Source: Marsupella aquatica (Eukaryota > Plantae > Marchantiophyta). From it: a stretch of DNA of 64,000 nucleotides. Positions 1 to 9,406 of the stretch are shown in pieces (within the stretch, counting starts at the first letter, position 1; each line of letters opens with the position of its first letter). Under the pieces are notes generated by a model, which was not told where the DNA came from, searched no databases, and saw only the letters and a list, made by a program, of their open reading frames with translations. The stretch is from NCBI GenBank assembly GCA_973895155.1, contig OZ316893.1, positions 2,500,430 through 2,564,429 on the forward strand, read 5' to 3'. A program made the translations under genes and the position numbers.

Positions 1-1389
1 AGAATCAATTTTGACTTTCACTACTGAGATCGAAACCTTGATTGATTTGCCCATACAACAGCCTGCACTACAAAGTCACTGTACAATTTACTGCTTTGGC
101 TCATGAGTCTTCTTTGTCAGGGGCAGCTACAATAGTGATGCTTTTCCTGTGACATCGCCCTCGTGAGAGTGTGCTTTAGGGCACTATTTCAGCAGCCCTT
201 AGGGAGTTGATGGCATTATTTTTATTTCATCAGCCCTAAAGGAGTGGAGGCATTATTTGATCAGCCCTCAATAAGAAGTTGAGGCACGAAATGCAAGGTG
301 GAAGGCCCCTCTAAAAATGAGGGCACTAATAGCAAGGTCAAAGGCTCTGCAGCCCATCCACTCCCAATTAGAAACCTGAGTGTTGCTTGAATGCACCAAT
401 GAATGCATGAGGTGACAACCAGTCAGATCTTGCCCCAAGATTCATTGGAGTTTCTAGGGCTAACCTGTTTGAGGGCGAATACACTGCCTGAGAAGAGGAG
501 GCAGGAAGAAAAAGGCAACAATGCTCTTATTTCTGGATGTTAGGAGTTGCTTGGTACCACGATTGGGGTGTGGGTGAACTTAGTTATCTTTTACTGTACA
601 TTTCCTTTCAAGATCACGAAAACATTGCTTGGTCCATCCAGGTACTTTAGTCAAAGACGGTGGTCCATCTGGGCATAGAAAGGTCAACTTTTTGTCATTG
701 CTATCTGTCTTAAATTTTCCTTCTTCCCAGATAGTTATTTGGTCTCACTGGAGAACTTTCACTTTCCCCCCTTTTTCCTGTTTCCTTTTAGCACACAAGC
801 CAGTGCCCAAGGAAGGGAAAGGATACCCCAGCCTCAGAATATGAAGTAGTTTTGAGCACATGTACACTGTTTATCTTAATTAGTATCATAACTTATTTAG
901 TTTCCCTGCTTAAATAGTTTCACACACACTAATAAGGGTGTGATTACAAATCTCAAAAGAATATAAAAAGTAGGTTCCTTATTAGTCTCATATAGATTAA
1001 TAAAAAATGACACTAAGAAAAGAACCCTTGGTGTATTCCGAGTCTGAAAATGACAATTCCAGATCATAAGATGATGAATATGAACATGACAATTCAATCT
1101 GGATCTGGATGTAGAGTAGACTCGGATTGCAGTAGTACAAGCAATGCGTTTAGTCTATTGTACCTCATTCATTCTAGTTTTATTTTGATTGCAATCATAA
1201 TCTGCCTTTCAGTTCATCATACTTAATAAAGTTTGAATTTAAATTGACATTCATTTTTTAATTTTATATGCTCTTTCAAATACATATTACTACTGAAAAA
1301 TCTGTACTTTTCATATGTTACACACATTAATTCAGAGTTCATCACACACTGATTGTGTGTCACTAAAAATAATCTCACTTATCATCACA

Positions 1390-1540
1390 TGTTATGACAC
1401 AGCACCATAGCCAATAGAAGATGCATCCAACAAGTAAGTCTCTTCATTGATCATGCACTCTTACATATATGATGGTGGATAGGTGGTTGTGTAACCGCTA
1501 TCCAGTCTATCCAACCCGGGTTAGCTTTTAACTCTTAACA
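1390..1540 (-). repeat. 3' LTR (151 bp)
   Basis: Identical to 4033-4183, with TGTTA...TAACA termini and an adjacent polypurine tract. Confidence 0.95.
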
Positions 1541-2180
1541 CTCCCCCTTGGTTGATTGGGGTAGTGAAAAGAAATCAACCACAATTGGTGAAAGCTTAAC
1601 CTTATTAGGTTGGTCTGATTTAACATATGCTGGTTTGGTCTCCTTAAAACCCTCCCTGCTTTCTTCATGGAGGGAAAGAGTGCCAAAACCATACTTATGT
1701 TGGATGGCCAGGGTAAGTAAAGTGCATAAATTTGCCTATGGTGAGTGGCATAATGTAATCTAATATAAATAAAGATTCTTAGTTTAACTCTAAGTTTCAC
1801 TTAACTTGAGTTTGACTAGGTATTGTTCAGTATAATCATTTTCAGCTATATCGTAAAGTTGACTGCTTTTCAAAAACCCTAAAGACGATAACGCTATGTA
1901 ATCGTTACTACGTTGGTAGGGTCGATCGGGTATCCGGTTCTTTGAGGCATTCTTTGCCTAACGTTCTATGAAGCATACTTGGGCATGAGTTAAATCATGG
2001 ATCGATGAACACAGATGTGTTGGTGACTTGAACAGAGGGGTTGGCAATGAGCATGGGGTTGCTGGTCGCGCAGTAGCGAATGTTGAGTCGGGGTGGAGGT
2101 TGGACTGATCGGGCTGCAGCAGGTTTCATTTCTTCAGGTGATTCCTATGTGGAATCAAGATAAGTATTTTGGGCTTTTCA

Positions 2181-2387
2181 TCAGTTCTGGAGCAACATCG
2201 AGAGTGCTCTCATACCAATTCCATGTACATGCTGTTTGTGTAGGGCCGGTGGTAGCGGCTTTGTGAAGAGATCTGCTCCGTTCTGAGATGTTGGAATCCA
2301 TTCGACTCTTATTTGATCGCCATGCTGCTCATGTGTATAGAATTTTTTTGGTGCTATATGCTTCGTTCTTTGGCCTTTGATAAATCC
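2181..2387 (-). pseudogene. Copia RNase H C-terminal remnant, in frame after the gag TAG
   Basis: Translates as GFIKGQRTKHIAPKKFYTHEQHGDQIRVEWIPTSQNGADLFTKPLPPALHKQHVHGIGMRALSMLLQN*, containing the RTKHI and ADLFTK copia RNase H motifs. Confidence 0.9.
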
Positions 2388-3335
2388 CTAGGCTATCTGT
2401 TCTTCGATTTCTAAATAATTTCCTTGTGGTGTTCTATCCGTGGAGTTAATACTTGCTTGATATAGTCTTACGAGGTGTGCTGGTGCCCGGCATACCTTTC
2501 TCAGATGTCCTTTTGATCCACACCTGAAGCATTTTGGTGAATATGAATTCGTTTCTCGTTGTGGTGGTCTGCTGCTCCAGCTTCTGCCTCGGCCCCTATT
2601 TGCTTCAGGACGATATTCTGTTCGTCCTCTTCCTCTTCCCCAGTTTAAGTTACGTGCACGGTTTCCTCTGAATGTACTACGTCTCCCCCTGAAGTTAGGT
2701 GATCTTTTCATATCTGCTGTATTATATAGAGCTTCAGATCGTTGGGGGGTTGGAGCAGTTCCTGGAGGTCGAAGCTTTGAATTCTGCAATAGTAAAATCT
2801 GATGCTTCTCGGCTAATAGCATATGGGTTATTAGCTCTGAGTATTTGTTAAACTTCACATTCCTGTATTGGGCAGATAGGACAAGGTTTGTTGCATGAAA
2901 TGTTGACAACGTCTTCTCTATCTGCTCAGCATCATCTATTGGGTGGCCACACACTGCTAGTTGTGAGGTAATCCTAAATAACTCACTATTATAGTTAGCC
3001 ACTGTTGTGTAATCCTGGAGCCTAAGATTTATCCAGTCGTGTCTTGCGGCTTGCAATGAGATGGTTCTCATATGGTTGAAGCGTAATTTGAGGTCATCCC
3101 ATAATGCTCTTGGATTATATTCATTCATGTACTGGGTTTTTAATGAATCTGCTAGGTGATGGCGGATGAATATCAGGGCCTTTGCTTTTTCTTGGAGGGT
3201 AGGTCCTGTATCTGTAATTATCGTATCTGGGATGTCTTTCGCGGTTAAGTGTGCTTCAATGTCAAGTGACCAAGACAGGTAATTAGATCCGTCTATGGTC
3301 AGTGCCTGGAAGTTCAAATTTTCTATTGTTGTCAT
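2388..3335 (-). CDS. Copia Gag protein (315 aa) with CCHC zinc knuckle
   Basis: N-terminus FQALTIDGSNYLSWSLDIEAHL is typical of copia gag. An RGRG-rich segment and the knuckle CFRCGSKGHLRKVC follow. Confidence 0.9.
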   Translation of the reverse strand: MTTIENLNFQALTIDGSNYLSWSLDIEAHLTAKDIPDTIITDTGPTLQEKAKALIFIRHHLADSLKTQYMNEYNPRALWDDLKLRFNHMRTISLQAARHDWINLRLQDYTTVANYNSELFRITSQLAVCGHPIDDAEQIEKTLSTFHATNLVLSAQYRNVKFNKYSELITHMLLAEKHQILLLQNSKLRPPGTAPTPQRSEALYNTADMKRSPNFRGRRSTFRGNRARNLNWGRGRGRTEYRPEANRGRGRSWSSRPPQRETNSYSPKCFRCGSKGHLRKVCRAPAHLVRLYQASINSTDRTPQGNYLEIEEQIA

Positions 3336-4032
3336 TGCTACTGATTATTTGATTCTAACTTTGGGTTGGTTTGATTGTTTCCAGGACAATTCATGGGCTT
3401 ACAAGCAAGTTAGAATTTCATTGGGGTTTAAATTATTTAAAGGGAACCCTAGGTTTCAGGATGACTACAAAGTTTCTGAAGTATACTATAGATTTTGGGT
3501 GATCACAGTATAGTGTGTCTTTGATAAATTATGCTTTTAATGGTTAAGGGTGGATGATTGAGGATTCTCTTTCTCATCTACGTTTTTTGTATTAATTGAA
3601 AGTAGGCTAGGTATGAATTCTTCCTTGATTGGAGTCGTGTGCATTCTAATCGGGTGGGGTTGAATTTGTAATCTGCCACAACTTTATAGTTCAATCTCCG
3701 CATGTATGTTCTCTGTACAATTTGAAGAGGTTCTCCTTCCCTTATATATCCATTTGTGGCATTGTGTTTATCTCGTGTATTCCTTATGAAATTTGGGCCT
3801 TCTGGAACTGGTTCTGTTGTCTGGTGGGCACAACCCTTCGCCTTTCCTTATGCCAATTTGGTGGCAATTTGGATTGTGAGGGCTTGCGACCTCCTCTACT
3901 TTAATTCAAAGGGCGATTGTTAATACTGCGAATTGCATGGTAATTCTATGGAAAGAAATTTCACAACCATCGTCCATAATGTCAATCCTCATCCTTAAGA
4001 TTTCAATCAGCCGTTGGCTCGTGCTGATAACG

Positions 4033-4183
4033 TGTTATGACACAGCACCATAGCCAATAGAAGATGCATCCAACAAGTAAGTCTCTTCATTGATCATGCA
4101 CTCTTACATATATGATGGTGGATAGGTGGTTGTGTAACCGCTATCCAGTCTATCCAACCCGGGTTAGCTTTTAACTCTTAACA
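4033..4183 (-). repeat. 5' LTR (151 bp)
   Basis: Identical to 1390-1540; the PBS lies immediately internal. Confidence 0.95.
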
Positions 4184-5300
4184 TCACACACTATTTGAAT
4201 GTGTGTCACTAAAAATAATCTCACTTATTTTATTTTAGAATGACATGTATTGACTCTCACTTCTTATATAGTCTCACACACATTAATTATGGTCCTTCAA
4301 AAACTTTTGTTCCTAAATATTGTGTGTGAGACTAATTAAGGTAATGAGTGCTTTGGCAGGGAGGACTCCTTGTGGTAATCGGAGCACACAAAAAATCAAA
4401 AGTGACATCTCACCATATGTGAGCACACCAAAAGAAACTTTGCCACATCAATGGAGGAATCCCTGGAGTAATATGAGGCCCCTCACTTGTGGTAATCTGA
4501 GCACCCAAAATACGTCTATGCTTTGGGACAAAAAGAGGGAAGTTTAATGGCTAACGAATCCTTGTAGTAATGTGAGCCCCCTGTTGTAGAAAATAAACCC
4601 AGCACACCAAAATAGGTCTGGACAAAAAGATGGGAGATTATTCAAATAGGAATGGTTAACGGGATTTGCTAGGAAAAAAACAGATGGAAGTTTAAAGATT
4701 GAGAGAATCCTTAGACAATGTGGACACTTTCTTCTGGTAATCTGAGCCCCCGCCCCAACACAAGGGTCATCTGAACAGAGCAAAATATATACCAAAATAT
4801 GTATAGGTTTCCAGACTAAAAGAACTTTAATAAATAATTTCCACTTCTGGACTGACCAATGTATTTGATGCATTGGCGTTAGTGTTTACCAGAAATAATT
4901 ACTGAAATGCCATGGTTTTCCATAACTGACAAAATGCCAGGGTTTTGATTCTAAACCTTCATTTTGGCTGTGTGTCATTTTGATAATTAAATTAAAACCA
5001 GTTTACCATCGCTACCAGGGCAGATCATCTCTGCCTTGTTCCCCATCGCTACAGCGTCCCGTTCTTTTCGTCCACTTAATTGGCATCTTTGTCCTCTAAG
5101 CATTATGAGTCATAAGTTTGGATGGGAATCTTTTGAATTACAATCAATTTCCAAAGTCTTTGTGGTAGAAAATTAAGCAGCTTCACTCTAAGCCCATGTC
5201 AGCCTAATCAAAATACAGTAGGTGTTTCCAAAAATCTAAGGAATCCTCACCTACCCAAATGTTTGGGATGGAGATTCTATGGCGAATTATTGCTCTAGAC

Positions 5301-5535
5301 TCCAAAAACTAAAAATTAGATAGAACTCAAACCCCAAGCATTTAGGTGATTTTCAAAATGATTCCAAAAAATTAGAAATTAAATAGAATTCAAAAACTTA
5401 GCACCATTTAGGCTATTTCCAAAAGGCTTCCCAAAATCAAAATCAAACAGAATTCAAAACCGTAGCAGCATTTAGGCAATTTCCAAAAGGCGTCCAAGAA
5501 TTAAAAATTAAATAGAATTCAAAACCGTAGCATTT
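5301..5535. repeat. Degenerate ~64-bp tandem repeat, ~4 copies
   Basis: A unit resembling CCAAAAATTAAAAATTAAATAGAATTCAAAACCGTAGCATTTAGGC...TTCCAAAAGG recurs just upstream of the PAS-REC gene. Confidence 0.75.
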
Positions 5536-5666
5536 TGATGACTTCCGTGATATAGGTGCCAATCCACTAGTATACCTCAAAAGTGCTGCTGAAGCAATTA
5601 CACGCCATATCTTCCGTTTGACATGTCTTCGATGAAATCGTGAGAATTGAAGGGATTTGAGAGATC

Positions 5667-7280
5667 ATGATGGCATCCTCAGCCGAGCGCCTAGATGTCT
5701 ATCGCGTCTACTACCATGAATTGAGTGCAGCCCAATCTCGAATCCCACCAAACAAGCTCAACAGTCGAGAAGCCCGTTTGCGCCAAGCCGAGCTGAGAAA
5801 GCTGGAGGAGCTCATCATGCTCTTCGCCGACATCACCCCAAATCCTACCTCCATGCCCTCCAATGATGAAGCCACCGACAATGCAAGGCCAACAGCAGAC
5901 AATCCAGACATGGATTCGCTTGACCTCTCGCTGGTGACTGACATTTTGCTCCTCAGTGCCCCATCTCCATGGATTTTGTACATCGTCGTCTGGAGTGCAG
6001 CCGAGTGGCGGCTCTGCTACATCTCACCTAGCTTGAAGAGATTGCTGGGCTGGCGGCCCAGTGAAGTGCTGGGCAAGCCCATCTGGGGCGGCTGCCTTGA
6101 AGAGGATGTCCCAATACTGCAACAAATCTTCCACCCTAAAGGCACCTCCACCTCCACCATCGCCACTGCCTCTTCTTCCTATGCGTCCTCAAACTCCTGG
6201 GGCGCGGCACGGTCTCATGCTTTTGGGGACTTTGTCACCTTCAGACGCGTGAGGAGGGATCAATCCATCGCTTCCATGCACGGTACTGGAATTGCCATTG
6301 GCTCGAGATGGTTTGCGTGGGTGGAACAGGACACAAGTGCCCTCAAATTGGCCCTTCTGGGTTCTTCTGCTGCAGATTGCATGACCTCCAATTCGTCTTT
6401 GACCGACCCTGAGAAGGTTCCGGTGGTGGATGCAAAAAGATCTTACAAGAAAGGGTTTCAGCCTCCAACAATTGTGGTGGAGGAGAGAGCTTCAGAGTCG
6501 GAACCTGCAGAGAGAAACCACAGAAAAGGGTTTCAGCCTCCAACAATTGTGGGGGAGGGAGATGTAGAAAAAGATGTAGCGTCAAAACCTGTGGTTTCTC
6601 ATAGAAACCACAGGATGGGCACAATGGGAGAGACTAAGACTGAACCGATGAAAGAGCCATCCTCACCTCCTTCAACGGCGAGATCGAAGGAGATCACAAG
6701 ATCGAAGGAGATCACAAGATCGAAGGAGATCACAAGATCGAAGGTTTCTGTGGAACATTCTTCAAGACATTCTTCAGTAGAGTCGCTACCAGCCCACATT
6801 GACTCGTCTCCTCGTCAGCTTCCCCCAAAACCCCAAAAGTCCAACGACGTTAACGATAAAGTTTTGGATCTGATGAGGGGGAAGACTGTGCTTCTTGTGG
6901 ATGACAGTAACACATATTTGAAAACGGGAGAAGCGTTGTTTGCAAAAATGGGTTGTCGTGTGTTTATAGCCCATAATGGGGAGGAGGCACTTCAAATGTT
7001 GCAACATGAGACTCCTATGGCAGACCTACCCCGTCAATTTGACGTGGTGTTCATGGACTTGTCGATGCCTAAGATGGATGGCGTCCAAGCAGTGAAACTG
7101 TTCAGGAATTGGGAAGAAGATCAACAACCTGGAAGGGCTCATACTCTGATCATTGCTGTTACTGCCAACGATACTGATGGTGACATGGTGTTGTGTGCTC
7201 AAACAGGGTTCGATGGGTTTGTTACCAAACCACTAAATAAGCAAAAAATACTCGATTGCCGCGCTGCTCGTCAAAAATAG
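5667..7280 (+). CDS. Intronless PAS-domain + C-terminal receiver (REC) domain protein (response-regulator-like, 537 aa)
   Basis: A PAS-like segment (YISPSLKRLLGWRPSEVLGKPI...FRRVRRD...VEQDT, ~5965-6340) precedes a REC domain with VLLVDD, FDVVFMDLSMPKMDG, IIAVTA and GFDGFVTKP (~6880-7260). No HisKA or HATPase motifs are visible between them. Confidence 0.9.
   Translation: MMASSAERLDVYRVYYHELSAAQSRIPPNKLNSREARLRQAELRKLEELIMLFADITPNPTSMPSNDEATDNARPTADNPDMDSLDLSLVTDILLLSAPSPWILYIVVWSAAEWRLCYISPSLKRLLGWRPSEVLGKPIWGGCLEEDVPILQQIFHPKGTSTSTIATASSSYASSNSWGAARSHAFGDFVTFRRVRRDQSIASMHGTGIAIGSRWFAWVEQDTSALKLALLGSSAADCMTSNSSLTDPEKVPVVDAKRSYKKGFQPPTIVVEERASESEPAERNHRKGFQPPTIVGEGDVEKDVASKPVVSHRNHRMGTMGETKTEPMKEPSSPPSTARSKEITRSKEITRSKEITRSKVSVEHSSRHSSVESLPAHIDSSPRQLPPKPQKSNDVNDKVLDLMRGKTVLLVDDSNTYLKTGEALFAKMGCRVFIAHNGEEALQMLQHETPMADLPRQFDVVFMDLSMPKMDGVQAVKLFRNWEEDQQPGRAHTLIIAVTANDTDGDMVLCAQTGFDGFVTKPLNKQKILDCRAARQK
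6681..6744 (+). repeat. In-frame 18-bp tandem repeat AGATCGAAGGAGATCACA x3.5 (RSKEIT)
   Basis: Perfect copies start at 6681, 6699 and 6717, with a partial copy at 6735. Confidence 0.95.
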
Positions 7281-7764
7281 AATAGAATTAGAATGACATC
7301 AGAATTTCATACGATTGAGAGATTGGGGGCTCAAATGAATCTGAACGTGATGGACAACTACAAACCAAAGGTCAGCAAGTGGTTTGAGAGAAACATCGCA
7401 TTCTCTCAATCCATATCAATCTAGTCAAAAGAAAAGTTTCTTGTTCTCATCTGAGCTTTCGAATCCCATCCAAGCAAAATGTTTGAAATAGATATCCTAT
7501 TCCAACGTATTGTCCCACTCGCCCCACAAGAATTGATCTATCTATCTATATTATACTATATAATTCTCGATCCAAGTGTACTAGAGTGAAACCAAACCAA
7601 AGGCCAATATGTCTCAGGTATTTAAACTGTACTTCTGGGTAGGGACGGGCAAGGGAACCCTTCCTGTCCACACTCCTGTGTATTTGTGCTAGTTTGTATA
7701 CAAAATCTGACATATGAGCAAATCTCAGCGTGCTGAAACGATTATACCCTATATCATCCATTTC

Positions 7765-8090
7765 AAATCTTTTTGATCAAAATCTTGAAAAATGAAGAAC
7801 TGGAGAGATCATTCTGGCATCCCCTTCCGAAAGCCTACATTTCTATCGTCTCTACTACCATGAAGTGAGTGCAGTCGTACTTCAAACTCCACCGAGCAAG
7901 CTCCGCAGCCGAGAACCCCGTTTCTGTCAAAGCCGAGATGAAGAAAGCCAGGAAATTCATCATGCTCTTCCTTGCCATCACCCCAAACGCCACCTCCAGC
8001 ACCACAATTGATGAAGCCACCGGCAACGCAAGGAAAAAGGCAGACATAGATTTGCTTGACCCTCTTGCTTGTGACTGACAATTTGCTCTA
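7765..8090 (+). pseudogene. Decayed tandem duplicate of the 5' end of the PAS-REC gene
   Basis: Colinear with ~5610-5955: GAGATCATTCTGGCATCC versus GAGATCATGATGGCATCC (both ATGs lost), plus CTACTACCATGAA, CATCATGCTCTTC and GATGAAGCCACCG. The copy is frameshifted and ends before the PAS domain. Confidence 0.85.
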
Positions 8091-9406
8091 GCACGTCAGT
8101 AATGATTTGGAGAGACATCATAGAGAAAATGAAGCTGTAGCAAAATAACGTGAGAAAGAAATGGCAGAGCAAAACGAAGCTCTAGCGAATAAATTGAGAA
8201 AGAGATCGTAGAGCGAACTTCAGCTTTAGGGAAGGATACCATTTAACTCCAACACAATATGTCACCAGTGTCGTACCATCACGGGCGTCCAAAAGGGATC
8301 CTCAAAAACAGATTAAATTTTTTTCTCACCAGGATCCTTCTCCAGCCTTTTTATTTCGGGAAAAGCTCTACCAAGATTTTCAGATACTGCAAGCTGAATA
8401 TCAATAGCCAACACCTGGCCAAACACCTATCACAAAAAAACCTTCAAAACCATCTTTCTGTCACTAATATCTGGATGTGAAACTAGGCCCCCGCTTACGA
8501 ATACGCTGACTGAACTCGACCACCTGCATGAGAAGGTATTTGCAAGCACCTTCCAATCACAGAAAGAGTTCGCCCATCTAAGGTGTAGTTGCAAACAGTG
8601 TTCGGCGGCATCCGGGAAATTCCTAGGCTTGACTAAATCGTCACAATCAAATAATTACAAGATGATCAGGACTGTGACAGACCTCTGTACGATCCTTTAG
8701 AGGTTCCGGGTCGAACCCACCGCTCTGGGGGACACAACATAAGATGCAACTTCGTGTGGTACCAAAATGCGAACACACAAAAGTCGTAGATCTATTACTG
8801 ATCAATGCATAGTAAGATCCTTTTCTAACCTCTTCCGAGAATAAAACCATCACGACACACTAAACGGCTCGATAAGACGAGTCAATAAACGAGCCAAGCC
8901 CTGACACACTTGTCAGACTCAGTGACAAAAGAGGTACGTAAACCGTATCAATACTCGGAGCACTATTAGTGAATATGATAACTACTTGAGCTCCAACAAC
9001 AAGCCTCTTGTCGTCTAGCACAATTTAAATGTTCAATTCAAGAGATACTGGTGCTGCTACTTTCACAGCCAGGCCGGGGCACTTGATGAAGAGTTACTGA
9101 CATCCCGAAACAAGTTTTGTGACACTAGTTCCTCAAAAAGGCGTAATTTGAATTCAGACATACAAAGCAAGGTGCACTGCAGTTCCTAATTTAGGCGGCT
9201 GCATGGTGCTTCAAAGTAATTTCCAGAAAACAACGGAAAAGACAACAAGAGTGACGTTATCCAAAACCAATTCATCCCAGTGGAATTTTTCCAATATAGC
9301 TTGGTGACTACTAAAGATTTCTTCATACGTACTGGAATATCTACTGACTCATCTTCACACTATTGATTGACAACTCAAAATTCAGGGATTTACACGACCT
9401 AAACTT

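Larger units (their letters stand above)
1390..4183 (-). mobile_element. Non-autonomous Ty1/copia LTR retrotransposon (Bianca-like), gag-only deletion derivative
   Basis: Two identical 151-bp TG...CA LTRs (1390-1540, 4033-4183) and a 5-bp TSD TCACA (1385-1389, 4184-4188). The minus strand carries a PPT AGGGGGAG (1541-1548) and a PBS CGTTATCAGCACGAGC (4017-4032). The interior holds a gag ORF and an RNase H C-terminal remnant. Confidence 0.95.
874..4341. mobile_element. TA-flanked Tc1/mariner-like MITE (~670 bp without the nested LTR element)
   Basis: The left end TCTTAATTAGTATCATA (874-890) matches the reverse complement of the right end, CCTTAATTAGTCTCACA (4325-4341). TA lies on both sides (872-873, 4342-4343). 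TAGTYTCAYA-like subterminal motifs occur at ~914, ~982 and ~4269. The element is AT-rich and has no ORF of its own. Confidence 0.6.

Noticed and set aside
8695-8745. Minus-strand GGGTTCGACCC B-box-like motif suggesting a tRNA or SINE
   Set aside because: No A-box at the right spacing and no cloverleaf.
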